64,000 nt of DNA from Geosiphon pyriformis uo1 (lineage: Eukaryota > Fungi > Glomeromycota), in assembly GCA_016748015.1 (NCBI GenBank), contig JAAOMT010000659.1, positions 897,166 to 961,165 on the forward strand, given 5' to 3'. The position numbers and the translations under genes were made by a program. The notes beneath the pieces were generated by a model, which was not told where the DNA came from, ran no database searches, and saw only the letters and a program-made list of their open reading frames with translations. Below, piece after piece: positions 14,761 to 28,367 of the stretch. Within the stretch, counting starts at the first letter, position 1; each line of letters starts with the position of its first letter.

Positions 14761-17580
14761 ATATTTAAATTTTATTTTTTAATAAATTTATTAATAATTA
14801 AATTTTTTTTATATAATAAATACAAAGTTTATTAAAATAATTTTTATAATAATATAATTTTTTTAATATTATTAATATTTTTTTATAAAAAGTTTTAATA
14901 AATATAAATGTAAATTAATTAATTTATAGTTTATAAAACCAGATTTAATGTGTTTAAAATATTGAATTTGTATTAAAAAAACCCATTAAATTTTTTATTT
15001 CAATATAATTAATAAATTTAAATATATAAAACAATTTTTATAAAATATTTTTACAAATTTATAAAATAATTTAATTATATACTAAGTATTTTTTTATATA
15101 ATACTATATGTTTTAATAAATTGATTTTTATTTGTATTAACAAAATTAAAACAAACTTCACAAAATTTTTTACCTAGTAAATTGGTATTTTTATTATTTA
15201 TAATTTTAATATAATTTTAAATTTTAAATTATATAACACAAAAGTTTTTTTTAATAATAAAACTAATTTGTTTTTTTTATTCATTATTTATTATAATAAT
15301 TAATATTTTTAGTAATGTTTTTAATTATCAAATATTTAAACAGCTTGGCTATTTAAAAATAATTTAAAAATACTATTAATTAAAATAATATTAAGAATTA
15401 AAAAAATTATTTAAAGTTTTATTTTAATATTTAAACCAAAATTCAAATTAAAAAACAAGTTGCAGTACTATTTATGGTTTTAAAAATATTAAAATTTTTT
15501 AATAATTTTTTAATATAAATAAAAATACATAAAAAATCAGTATTAAACTTTTTTTAATCTTACAAAAAATCACAGTTAAAAAACCATTTTTAATATTATA
15601 ATAAATTAAATTTAATAACAATATATCTAACTTTTTAGTATTTATTCTTTTTGTTTTGATAGTATTTATTTTAAAATCTAAAAAAACTTTTTTATGATTA
15701 ATTTTAAACTTAATATTAATTATTATAATTTTTTTTAATATTTGTTTAGAATTAATTTTTATATTATTAAATATATTAAATATATTTATTTTGTTATCTA
15801 AAAATAAAAATTTAACCAAAAAAAAATTGTTTTATCTTTAGAATTTTTAATATTATTGTTTATTTTTCTGGATTTTTTAATAAAATTATGTATAATATCT
15901 TTTAAAGTTTTTTTTGGTTATGTTATTATTATTAATAACCATCAGTTTTAATATAAAAAAATTAATACTTTATAAAATATTAAACAATAAAAAAACAAAA
16001 TAAAACAAAATAAAATAAAATAAAATAAATAAAACAAAACAAATAAAACAAAATAAAATAAAATAAAACAAAAACTTTAAAATTTTTATTTTATAAAATT
16101 TTAAATATAGAAAAGAAAAAACTTTTTAAGATATTTATTTTTAATAAACCAAAATATTTTAATTTTTATTATTAATTAATATTTTAAAATTAATATTAAT
16201 TATTTTATTATTATTAATACAATATTCAAAAATTTTATATTAAATATTTTAAAAATTAGTATTAATTTATAAATATAATTAAATTATTTATTATTCTAAA
16301 ATATACAATAATAAAAATTTGAAGCAGTTTAAAATAATTTTAAACAATATAAGCAATTTAAATAAAATTCTTAAAATTTAATAAATTTTTACAAAACAAA
16401 TATTATTAAAATTTAAAACAATAATAATTTGAAATTGTATAAAAAAAGCTTATTTTTTTTAATAAATATATTTAATAACAGAATAATAATTTTATTACAA
16501 TTTACCAAAACAATTTTTTTTAACTAAATTATAATCAAGAAAAAAATCATAATTTTGGAATGTTTAATTATTAACTTTAATAAATTAGATTTATTTAAAA
16601 TTATTAAACTCAAAAAAAACAAGTTTTTTATTTTTTTTTATTGCTTTAACAAAGTGTAATCAATTATTAACTATGATATAAATTTTACAAATAGTCATAA
16701 TTAACACTTTTTTACATGTAATTAGCCATTAAAATCGGTTTAAAATATATAAATAAATATTATAATTATTTTTAAAACTTTAACATAATATTATTAAAAT
16801 TTATTAACCAAAAAATAATTTAATACCAAAACTTTTTAATAAATTATAATATTAAATTAAATCTTAACTAAATTAAGTATTTTTCTATTATTAAAAATTA
16901 CTTTAGAATAACAATAAATATAAATTGTTTTTATTTAAATTAAAGTTCTTAAAAACAAGTTTGTAGTATATACATATAATTAATTAAAATTAAAAGTTAT
17001 TTTACAATAATAAAAATTGGCAGCTTTATAAAATTATTGAATTTAAAAAAAAATGAATTTATTAATATTAAAAAACAAAACTTTTAAAAATACTTTAAGT
17101 AATAAAAATAATTTCTGATCAAAATTATTTATTAGATATAAAAATTTGCTTATTATAATAAATTATAAACATTTATTAATTTTATATTTAAAAAAAATAT
17201 AGAATATTTTTATATAAAAAACATAATTAAAAATATAATTAATTTAGAAAATTTTCTTAAAAAAAAATGAATAATAAACAAAAACTATTACAAAAATTTT
17301 AACATTATTGTTAATTACATTAACTGTTAATTAAGTAATTCACAAAACTGATTTTTAAATTACAAATATATTTAGAATAATAACCAAAAAATTAAATTAT
17401 TAAAAATACTAACAAACCAATTTTATAACAGCACAATTTTAAGTAAATACCAGGGTTTCAAAATGGAATTATTTTAAAAAAATAAAGCTTATTTAAAATT
17501 TATTACTTCTGTATAAATACAAATTAAATATTTTTAACTTATTAATATTTATTTTATTTTTAATAGTTTTTTTAATAATA
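14760..17580. other. Extremely AT-rich decayed repeat sequence, identity unresolved
   Basis: Almost no C/G except in AC/GC/GT contexts. Abrupt change to CpG-containing sequence at ~17580. Confidence 0.5.
15991..16074 (+). repeat. (AAAAY)n pentanucleotide microsatellite
   Basis: aaaac/aaaat tandem units visible directly. Confidence 0.85.
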
Positions 17581-18029
17581 CCGGTTTATCATGGTCTATA
17601 CATTGCAAATATTGGCAAAAATTTAATTAAGATTGTTAAATTGCGTTGCAGTTAAAGGGCAAAAACATTTTGAGCCAAAATTCGTTTCCTTTTGTGCACA
17701 TAATTATCTAGAAATTCATGTCCCCAAATAAACAGAAAATTTTTTGATTCCTTATTGCAGACAACAATATTCTTATGAATGTAGTACGATGATACCTGCC
17801 ATCAAGTTTACATTCACAAAAAATTTCCACCAATAGAAAGACTCCATCATTATTTTTGCAGAACAAATGTGCAGTGTGATGGTTTCTTAAGGCTGAAAGA
17901 GTGAGCTTAGCAGCTCTCTTTTTACTGTCAAAGCAAAGATCTTTCTATTTAGTTTTGGTGGCTTTTGCATTTTTTAGTCGGTGGGATTTCGAATAGTTTA
18001 AGTAACTTCTACATAGCCCTTTTGGGAAA

Positions 18030-20128
18030 ATGGGTGATTATTTTCGTAGTTGATTGGTTTGATCATTACCGATTCGTGGTCAAAGCCTTTTTAACGCGAA
18101 ACTTAACTTTAACGTATGCCGTTGATGCGATTTTAAAGCGAACAAAAGGAAAGGGACTAAAATGTCCTTGGGTACTTTCTTGACCGATCAGTGTATGTAG
18201 GCACTAGGCTGTTAGTGATCCTTCACTCTTTTCTAGTGATATATTGATCTGTTGTTATCTGGAAATCTTCAAATAAATGTATTTCGGTTATCAACCAGCA
18301 ACAGGATCATGGGCTGATCAAATGGAAGATTTACCCTCTGCACGTAAGTATTTGGACATGGTTTTTTCTTTGGAATAATTCATGATCTTGTAGCTGAAAA
18401 TTTTTCAATTTTTTTCAATAGCTGCGGCCTCATTTTCAGGTAAGGTTCGAATTTTAGAATTCAAAGATATATCGTAAAACCTAATGTTAATGACACATAT
18501 TTAATCTTTTAGGGGAAAACGAAGGTGGTGGATTTTCCGATCGTGGGAGTCGGGGAGGCTTTAATCGAAGCTATTCTAGAGGTATCAATAAAAATTACCA
18601 TAGGATCATAAATTTAAAATTATATATTTTGTAGATATTTCAATCTTAGAAAATTACTTCTAGATTCACGCTACGAAAGTCGTGACTCACCGCGTGATAC
18701 TAGGTTTTCGTCTCGTGCTGAACGTCCACCACAACCTCTTCCTACATCTCCACCATTTACGGCACATCTTGGAAATCTGCCTTTTGATTTAACAGAGCAA
18801 GACATTCAAAATTTCTTTCATGAATCAAAGGTTTGAAAATGCTTCATTTTTTATTTTTTATTCAAAGTTTTTGATTAGGCTTAAATGGAATTTGATTATA
18901 AATACAGATTTCCAATATCAGAATTCTTCGAGATAGAGAAGATAAACCTAAAGGTTTCGGATATGTTGAATTTGATGATTTAGTATCTTTAACAAAAGCA
19001 TTAGAGTTGAGTGGCGAGGTATGAGGGATTTTTTTTCTGTTAAGTGGTTTTCGTTTATGTAAGCTAGATTCCCATGAAATTTCTGATTTTTCTTGATAAT
19101 TTTATCAGACGATTCGTAACAGAGTTATTAGAGTTAGTGTAGCCGAACCACGTGAGCAGCTTTTATTATTTTAATATAGGTTTAAAAAGTCTAATTTTAA
19201 TGCACACCTTAGAATTAATGTCTAAAATTTGATAGCACGAGAGCGTGATCAGCAAGAAGATCGTACTGCAGGAGAATGGAGAAGAGCTCCCAGAGATTCT
19301 CCTTCTTCATCACCGAGAAACGATCGATTTGGTAGTGGTGATAGATATGGACATCGAGAAGATCGATGGAGTGGAAGAAGTGAGCCACGCGAGTCACGTG
19401 AATCTCGTGAAAGAAATACACGTAGTGATCGTGGTGATAGTAGTCCTCGTGGTGATCGTGTTGACCGTCCAGAACGTGGAGGATTCCGTGATAGAAATGA
19501 TCGTAGCATGGATAGAACCGATCGTAGTAGAATTGATACCGATTGGAAAGGTGGGGCTTTTAGTAATAGAGGAAATAGTTTTCGAGATCGTCGACCAGAG
19601 GAAAGACCTGGTAATTGTAAAATTGATTTATTTTTCAAGAAAATAAATAGAAAATTGAAATGCCTCCTTACTTTTATATATTTTACAGGGACATCCAACA
19701 CTTCCCCTCCACCGCCATCTTCTTTTCGTAAACGGCTTGACCTAAAACCCCGCAGCAATACAGCTCCTGCTACCAATACTACTGCTACTACTGCTACTAC
19801 TGCTATTACTACTACTACTACCGCTACTGCTACTGCTACCACCACCATCATTAATACCACTGAAACTACATCATCATCATCACCAACACTTGAAGATTCA
19901 TCTTCCTCATCATCTGTGACTTCAGCTCCTCGTGTCCATAAACCAAATCCTTTTGGGGATGCTAAACCAATAGATTCTGATGAAGCGCTGAGGCGTTTCG
20001 AAGAACGCAGAAAATTAAAAGAAAAAGAACGTGAAGAGAAAGAGTTGGCGGAAAAAGAATTAGCGGAAAAAGAAAAGAGTTCCGATTCCGAAAAAGTTAT
20101 CATTACCAAGGAAAATGGGGATGGTTAA
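18030..20128 (+). CDS. TIF3: Eukaryotic translation initiation factor 4B (RRM plus DRYG/RE-rich region), 10 exons
   Basis: Hand-spliced GT-AG exons: 18030-18033, 18139-18192, 18299-18343, 18422-18439, 18513-18581, 18664-18830, 18908-19018, 19109-19151, 19236-19610, 19689-20128. Protein MANKRKGTKMSLGTFLTDQSTGSWADQMEDLP...PPFTAHLGNLPF...KPKGFGYVEF...RKRLDLKPRS...KPNPFGDAKPID, all typical eIF4B motifs. Confidence 0.93.
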
Positions 20129-20563
20129 AATAATACGTCTTCGATCTACGCAGGTAATTTCATATATACATACCTATCCTGAATGAAACATCTGACAATC
20201 AAAAAAAAAGTCAACAATAATATTTAACTTTAGTTTTTGTTTATTATATTACTATGTAATCATGCGAAAGATATTTGATGCTTGTAGTTATTTAGAGCTA
20301 GCACGAAACACTTTACACAATATTCAAAATATTATTCTCAAAAATCACCCTATTTTTAATTTCAATTTAATCCTAAAAATTCTGCGTTCCCATCATAATT
20401 TGCTACAGCGCTAGCTACACTCAAAGGACTTTAAATCCTAAGCATAAAAAAGCGGTCACTAATAATGTGTCAGTACTGATCATCATTATTTACTAATAAA
20501 TTTCTGATATGGATAAGAGTTTCTTCTCTTTGAACCAAGTTTTAATCAAATTACCTTAAAAAT

Positions 20564-21190
20564 ATGCCGCGCGCTGAATGGAACGGGGAGAGTAAGTTTG
20601 CAAAGTCTCAATCTTTTAAAGTGCTGCGAAAATGAAAAGATGCTTTCTTGCGTTCACAAGAATTAATCCCGAATTTTATTGTAGTTATCGCAGAGAGCAA
20701 TGTTTATGAGACTGTAGAGGGCAATATTTATGTATGTAATAATCCCGATAATATCTGAATAAAGGTGTAATTTTTTCTTTTTTTTTTTCTTAAACAGTTC
20801 CCACCAACCAGTATCAAACGTGAGCTTTTTATTGAAAGTCCTAACACCACCACTTGTTCCTGGAAAGGTGAGGCCCATTACTACACCCTCTCTGTAAATG
20901 GTATGTCTTTATTAATTTCTTTAAATTTTTGTATGTTTATTGTTAAACTTATAATAAGAATTTTTAAATTTTCTCGATTCATCTTTTTATAAAGGTTCTA
21001 AAAACAAAGATGCTGCTTGGTAAGCCACTAAAATACTCATCTTAAAATTTAATCACTGCACCCAACTCAGAATGTATTCTGATAATTAAATTTTGGCCAT
21101 ACATATAGGTATTATCCGAACCCAAAACCTGCTGCTGCAAATATCGCTGGATATGTGGCTTTTTGGCGAGGGGTTACAGTAACTCCCTAG
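20564..21190 (+). CDS. DUF427 (NTP_transf_9) single-domain protein, 94 aa, 5 exons
   Basis: Exons 20564-20591, 20685-20731, 20798-20900, 20995-21019 and 21109-21190 (all GT-AG, phase-consistent) give MPRAEWNGEIIAESNVYETVEGNIYFPPTSIKRELFIESPNTTTCSWKGEAHYYTLSVNGSKNKDAAWYYPNPKPAAANIAGYVAFWRGVTVTP. It has the DUF427 motifs YFP, T.C.WKG.A.YY, AAWYYP and I.GYVAF. Not in the ORF track. Confidence 0.92.
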
Positions 21191-21960
21191 ATTTCAGTGA
21201 TTCGACGTATGCTGGTGGACACAATTGATAATCGGTCGCCTTTCCTTTTTTGTAGTTTCTGATTTCATTCTTAGTTATTGTTTCGTGATATTATTTCGAA
21301 CCACTTGAATTGGTTATCATCAAATTGATTAAATTTTAAATATTTCACCCGCCATTAAGCAAACAAATGAATTAATAAGATTTTCTGCATAAAATTTACT
21401 GTTATTTTTGAATCATCTAGGTCATTAAAATTGATTTGGCTATTTCTAGTTTAACCATAACAAAATTTTTCAAATATGGTGTATAATACATTAGGGAATA
21501 GTATACTTTCTCATTGTACAGCTTCCGAGATGGGTTTGAATAAATGCTACTTGCCTGGATTATAAAATAAAGGTGCTTATAAACTCTTCATTATCAATCG
21601 TCATAATGAATTTCTGCGTGAGAGAACTAAGTTGGATATTTGTAATTGTGATTATCAGAATATAGTATATACAAAAATACAATGGGATAGGCAAACGTGA
21701 ACAAACGTCGATGGCCCAAATAAAAAAGGTAAATGCAAATCGGCACATTGTATTATCGGCTATCACCATCATCAATTTCCCTTGAAGAATTTCCACCTTA
21801 TTCAAATTTTTGAGAAAAGAAATTCATCGTGATTTTGAAGCCAGAAAAAGTTAGATTCTGATGTAGCGGATCGGCGGAAATCCTAATCACGGGACAACAA
21901 ATCTCCTTCCATGTCGAAAATTCCTATCATTGCTAAGAAAAAATTTTCCTTTTTCTTCAT

Positions 21961-23418
21961 TCAGCCAGTCCTATGTTGGTCATGTCTGGAAGTTATTTCA
22001 TAGCTATTCCTTCGAGAATCATTTTGTTCCCCTTCCAATAAATAAGTTTCTGAAGATTCGGATAATACAGATTGTCTGTCAAAATAGCGATCAACTGAAG
22101 AGTAAGAGGGTGGTGGGAGAGTGAGATCAGCCAATGAAATGTCCAAGGCGGCTTCAGGTTGTACCTCCATGCCTACTTGGGTGTATGAGATACGAGGAAT
22201 ATCTTCGGAGGGACGTCCTCTTGAGCTGGATTCTAAAAGAATTGATCCTCGTTCTGATCCATAAGCGGGCGGAGGGGCAAGTGTTCCCATAGACGGAGCA
22301 AGTCCCCATTTTTTGACGTTTGCCTCAATAAAAACAAATCCAAGTTGCCCAAAATTTACATGAACACAGCAAGGTCCATTGGCCCCAACAGTAGGGAATA
22401 AATTCATTTTCATTCCAGTAAACGCATCGTCCAATTTTTTTCCATTGCGAGTGAAAAAAATTGTACCAGTTCGAGGACGGAATCCAACTCCAATAACGTC
22501 ACCTTGCTGGAATTGCGGACCATAGGTTTTTCCATTAAAGGGTGAATTGTAGTACTTTAATCCAGAGTCTGAAAAATAAGATACTGAATGGCGATTCCAA
22601 CCTAATATCAATAAATAAGAGTTAATGTGAGAAAATTAATAGTATTCAAATAATTCCATAACGTTCAAAAAATATACCTGGAAGACGAAACAAAGGATAA
22701 GGTTTAGTAGCTAATCCGACGGCAACTGTGGTGGATGATGGTTTTTCATACATCTTTGCTTCCCAATAATATACCTCTTGTTGTTTTGGTAAAGGTAAAT
22801 TAGTTTGAACACAGCATTCACCATCATAAAATGCTATTTCCGTTCGGCATTCCACGAAACAATGGGTGTGATGTAGATCAGGTTCAAATTCCCAAGCTGA
22901 GACACCTTTTTCTTGAATAGAAAGAAATTGCGAAAGGGTAATATCTGTAGAGATGCCATCCGGGGGATATGCTTCTTGAAACACTTTTTTTCCGAGAAGG
23001 GATTTCAATTAAAAGATGAATTAAGATAAAATGGAAAAGAATCATTTTTTGGTTTTCAAATTATCAACAATCGCTAAAGTAATAACTTACGACGAGCACG
23101 TTCATAATTCTGTCGAGCAGCTTCGTCTAGAGTTTCAACCAGGCTTGCTTCTGCCCGAGCAATTTCTGGATCATTGACGTCCGGTATTCTGTTTTTATTA
23201 ACGGCGGCAAGCCGATGACGAAAGCATGCCCAAATAACTATGAGCATTATAATAACAAATGCACTAATTGTTCCGACAAGGGCAAAATTTGTCGACTGAG
23301 ATCTTTTTGCATTTGCGGTATCATCAGTTTTGACTAAAGAGAGTTGCAGCAGAAAGATAAATACTATGAAAGGGAGAGTGTGCTTTAAGCGGTACAAGTT
23401 TAAAAGTTTTTTAGGCAT
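21961..23418 (-). CDS. SSH4: SPRY-domain membrane protein, Ssh4/Ear1-like (Rsp5 adaptor), 3 exons
   Basis: Exons 23418-23091, 22983-22678 and 22601-21961. N-terminal hydrophobic and TM segments, IQEKGVSAWEF, YYWEAKM..KP.....VGLATKPYP.FRLPGW, GDVIGVG..P.TG.IFFTRNGK, FVFIEANVKKWGLAP, and PY motifs PPAY and PPSY. Confidence 0.9.
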
Positions 23419-24489
23419 TTTAGACTTTATATTCCGGGGTTGGAATCTTTTTTTTTTTTGAAGGTGAAGTAAGCGCAAAAATCTCTTTGAATTTGTTATC
23501 AATTAAATAGGAAAGTCACACTGAAGAAACCAAGAAATAAAGAGAGGTAAAGGCTGTATATTTACTATAAGTCACAAGTAAAAGAAACTGCAAATATTAT
23601 AGACTGGAGAAAAGGGTTATTATATTTTCACCATATGTACTACGCAACCCGAAGTTTCATCCTTATCTTATTAATCCTAATCCAATTCTAAAGTCTTAAA
23701 AAAAAAAAAGAAGTATGTTGGGTATAACTGATTGATATTCAATTATAAGCCAGAAGTTTGTAAATCAAGGCTTATTTCAAAGTCCAACTTAAACAGTTGT
23801 TTCAATAAGGCTAAATTATGCATGATCAACCAAACAAAATTTTAAATTAAGATAAATGTTTATCCATTTTTATTGCCATTTTAGAACGAGATGTGAAATA
23901 ATCAAAAGACCTATAATCGGGAATGTTGTTGTATAAAATTGAAAATCCCACGGAAGAAGATCTCCATCTCGGTTGATCAAGTTGGAAAAATATCTTAATC
24001 TCAAATGTTGTGTCATAGAACTAAATGTCTACTTTACATTACTACTTTTTTTCATAAAATGTTTCGGAGAACGTAAATGGTCTTGCAATTCAACGATTAC
24101 CAGAAAGGTTATGATAATGGCATAAGTAGTCCCAAAAGTTACTTTTTGTACACTTGTACCACTTTAAGTGTTTTGAATTAAAAATATTGTAGCAAATCTA
24201 TTTGCGAAAGGACAAAGGCCATATATATTTTTATGAATATTAAAATCTTCATTTACATGAAAGCTTGAAATTTGATACAAGTTTAAACAACTTTTCAATC
24301 TGCAAAGTTAATTTCAAAGTAATCTTAAAATTTTAATACTCCAATTTATAAACAATAATTTAGAAAAACTATAATAATAAAATTTGTATAAAAAAATATT
24401 ATATTAATAATAAGAATTATTATTAAAAAATTTTTTAATTAAAATTAATAAAAATAAAATATCTTATTAAATATTGAAATTAAAATAAT

Positions 24490-26100
24490 TTATAAACATT
24501 AAAAACTCTTTCTCTCTTATATTTTTATGACTACAAACAAAGCTAAAAGTAAAAAAAAAACATACTTTATTTTGGTTTTTGGTTTTTTCAATATATCTAT
24601 TTTAAAAGCTTTTTTTATAATAAAAACAGCAAAACAATATTTCATTAAAGCATTTTCTTAAGTAATAAAAACATAAAACAGCTTTTAATTGTTAAAAAAA
24701 CACTTTTTTTATCTTTGATTAAAAACACTTTTTTTTAAATTAATTTACCAAAGAAAGTTTTAATGTATTTATTATTATTGTAAAAAGTTTTAGAATTTTT
24801 AATTATAAATTAATAGTTAAGTTGTCATTTTTTGTTGTTTAAATAATTAGAAAAGCCAAATTAAAATAAAACATTAATTTTACTTGGTTTTTTAATGTTT
24901 TTTTTATTTAATAATATTTATATTAATTATAATATTCAGTTTTATTTGGTTATAAACAATAATATTTTTTTTTAAACAATAATAATAACAATATATCTGT
25001 TAAAGTTAATTAAAATTAACAAATAACTATATTATTTAATATAATAAAATTTAGTAGTTTTTATTAATTAAATTATAAAAGCTTAAACTTTTTTGTTTTT
25101 CTTAAAAATATTATTAAATTTAATAATATCTGAAAAATAATTATTAATTATTAAAATTTTTTGAATAAATAATTTTTATTTTAATATTTAACATTATTTA
25201 AAAATTTTAAATAACTTTTATTAAAATTGTATTTTAGTTTTTATATAATTTATTAATTTAAATTAAGATTAAAACATTATTGAATTTTTTTATGTAAAAT
25301 TAGTATTTTAAATATTGCTATCAAAATTAAGTTTATTAAAATTATAAAATTGCTTATAATTTCTGTTTTTGGTTTTTTTATTGTTGTGATTTTTATATTT
25401 TTTCTTTTAAATAGCTTTTTTAATAACAGTAAAAATGTTTTTTATGTTTTTTTTGTAAAGTTTTTAATATTAAATTAAAGCTTACTAATTTTTATTGTTT
25501 ATTTTAAATTTTTTAAAGTTTTTAAAATTGTTTTTGCTTGTTGGTTTTTATTAATAAAAAAAATAATTTAGAATTTTTTAATAAAAAAAAATTGCTTTTC
25601 TTTTATAATACTTTTAAAACCAAATTAATTATTTTTTTTATGTATTATTATTAAAAATTAGAAAAGTTTTTAATAAAATTATTATTAAAATTAATACTTT
25701 GCAAAAATATTATATTTAATAAAAAAGTTTTTTTGTAACTTATTTTGTTGGTTTAATGTTTTATAATAATTTTTAAAATTATTATTAAAATAAAAATAAT
25801 ATTTTGAAATTTTACTTATTTAATTTATTTAACTTATTGGTATTTTAATTTAATTATAAAAAACTTAATATATTGGTTAAATATTTAAGTGTTTTTTTAA
25901 AAAGCAATTAATAATATTGCTAAATTAATTACCAATATATAAAAATTTTATTGGTTTAAAAAAAATTTAAAATAAATCTGGTACTGATTTTTTTTAAATT
26001 TAATTAATTAATAATGTTTTAAAATTTTAAGTTTTTTCTATAAAAATAATAAAAAAATAACTTATTTATAATTAAAAAAAATTGTTATATTAATAAAATA
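24490..26100 (+). mobile_element. Very decayed ORF1 of the second LINE-like family
   Basis: Starts MTTNKAKSKK (compare MITTRTKSKK at ~14730 -). 25530-25580 aligns with the reverse complement of ~13610-13660. Confidence 0.45.
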
Positions 26101-26577
26101 AAAACACATATATTTTTTTTGTTTAATTTAAAATAATTTTAATTAATATAATAATTTATATATTGTTTATAATATAATATATATTTTAATATATAATAAT
26201 TAAATTATTAAAAATAATTATAATTAAATTATATTTGTAAAAAATAAAACAATTTATTAAGTTATAAATATTAATTAATATAAAAAATTATTATATAAAC
26301 GTAAATTTAAATATAAAATATTAATTTAATTTAAAGTAACAAAAAAAACAAAAATTTTGCTTTTTAAAATTAAAATTATATAATTTTTTATAAATATAAA
26401 ATTTCCATATATTTTTTTTTAGTATTAATTAACAAACAAAAACAGTAGGAAAAACTTTTTTCTCTCTTTCATCCCAAATTCCTAAAAAAAAGTCAAAAGT
26501 TTTTTACAATTCAGTATAATAAATCCAAACTCTTTATTCTTAACTATAAGGCCACTGTTGGCTATAGTATTGCTGTT

Positions 26578-28367
26578 ATGAAAAAGACTGTCAAAGCTTT
26601 TGGTCCTGTTGTTGGTCTTAAACTCATTCTTCTAAGGAAAAAAAAAAGAGGTGGTATTTTGAAAAATGCTTCTGGTGACATTAATATTGTGTCAAAAGTT
26701 CAAGATAGTCATTTATGGGGTTCTAAGACTGGTAACACCACCGAGTCTAACAGCATGAACATGAAGAAAAAATGTTTGGTGGAGGAAACTAGTTTTGATT
26801 ATGGTGCAGATGGTACTCTTGCTGATGGTAATTTGGATCAGACACCTAAAGGCTCATGGGTAAAAACCAAGAAGACATTGGGGAAACCATTGGGGAAAAT
26901 TAATTTCTTGAGTGATAATAAGAGTGATGATATTTTGTTGGATGCTTCTCTGGCTTTGCCATCTTCTTTGAAAAACCTGGTTAATGTTTTTGTCAGAAAA
27001 TTTTTTGTCTTAGATATTGATTTGAACAATGTTGCTGAAAAATCAGTACAGGAAAAGCTTGGGGTGGTTAGAAAGTTATTTTCAAAAATCAATGGTTTTG
27101 GGGGGGTCTTTACCCCCTCAAAATTTGCTGGAATCATTAGAGCAACATTTACATCTGAATCAAGTTTAATAAAAGCCACTAATATGACTACAAATATGAA
27201 AATTCTGGTAACACACCAATCTTAAAAGATCACTTAGGCATTCAGATTGGGCAGTAGTACTTAAGAAAATCCCAATTGGAACATTAGCTGAGACTGTGTG
27301 CACTGTGCTGTCTGATTTTGAGTTGATTAAGTTAATCAAAATACAATTGATAGGGCTGTGGCAAAAAGCTGTGGTTGAATTTAAACAGATTGATCATGCT
27401 GATTTGGTTGCAGCAAAATGGTCTATCTTGATTGGAAAAGATGCAGTATGTGTTACAAGAGCTAATATGGACAAAAAATCATGAGATGTAAGAAATGTTC
27501 ACAGAGCTCTTTTGTACACTCTGCTTATAGAGACTAATGCACATAATATTTGGAACTACATTACTTCAGTGGGTGATAAAACTTGTGTTATCAACTATCA
27601 TTAAGTTTTTTATGCCCAGACCAACTATTTGCTTTGACTCTGCTGATTTTTTGGATGCTGTCATGGGAACCACGTCTGTTTTAAGAGGAGCCAATCTGCA
27701 TTGGTCTTGTTTTGTTTTGGTTAGATGTGCTGGGTGTAGGAAATTGGGTCATACTTCCTTGGCTTGTTTTGCTGATGAGAAAAAGAGTGTCTCTTCTGGT
27801 ACTTGGTCATGAAAAACTCTCTCGAGTTTTGATAAAAGCAGGCTAGCTGCCATTTACGCCAAACATTTGGCTCCAGTTGCTTATCTGGTTTCTTTTGGTA
27901 GTGCTTCTTGGACACAAATTGCTAATGGAACCTCTTTTTTTTCTCTTCCTGTACAGAGTGTGTTGTTGAATTCTGGCTCCTCTTTGGAGATGAAGCCTAC
28001 TCTGCTGGTGTTTTTGGATTTGAATAATAGGTTTGCCACTCTTGAGCACAGTCTCGCCAGCCTCACAGAGCATGTTGATAAGCTGGCTATAAAGTTGGAT
28101 ATGCCTGGGCCAATAGTTTTCTAGCTTAGCCCTAGATGTCAGCCATTGGTAACCCCTTCATCACAGAATCAAGGGACAGATATAGTGATAAATGAGGGTT
28201 CAAGTATGGCCACTAGTGATAAGACTGTTGCAGGTGCAGTGGTTTTTGATCCCTCGGTTATCTCAAAAATGGAGGAAACATTGAGGAATCTTTTAGTTAT
28301 GGTTATGAACCTATCAGCTAAAATAGACAATGCTAATTCTGTTCCTGTCTTTCGTTCTTCTCAATAA
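26578..28367 (+). pseudogene. LINE ORF1 (with CCHC knuckle CAGCRKLGHTSLAC), stops and frameshifts
   Basis: ORF fragments 26578-27225, 27296-27484, 27537-27812, 27867-28124 and 28146-28367. Confidence 0.85.

Noticed and set aside
7373-15819. Short I/L/F/K/N-rich ORFs resembling membrane or mitochondrial proteins
   Set aside because: By-products of AT-drifted TE remnants. They sit in or next to sequence alignable to LINE/LTR copies.
16450-17450. Possible decayed Mutator/FAR1-type transposase (faint C...F.N.HN pattern near 16650-16710)
   Set aside because: Too degenerate to support by eye. No terminal inverted repeats or DDE motif recognised. It would need a profile search on a de-mutated sequence.
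19019-19108. C/D-box snoRNA in an eIF4B intron
   Set aside because: Only a partial C-box-like sequence overlapping the splice donor plus a CTGA. No terminal stem or recognisable rRNA guide.
19249-20109. 286-aa antisense ORF and 133-aa alternative-frame ORF over eIF4B
   Set aside because: Shadow frames of low-complexity R/D/S/T-rich coding sequence. They run into or through an intron and have no motifs.
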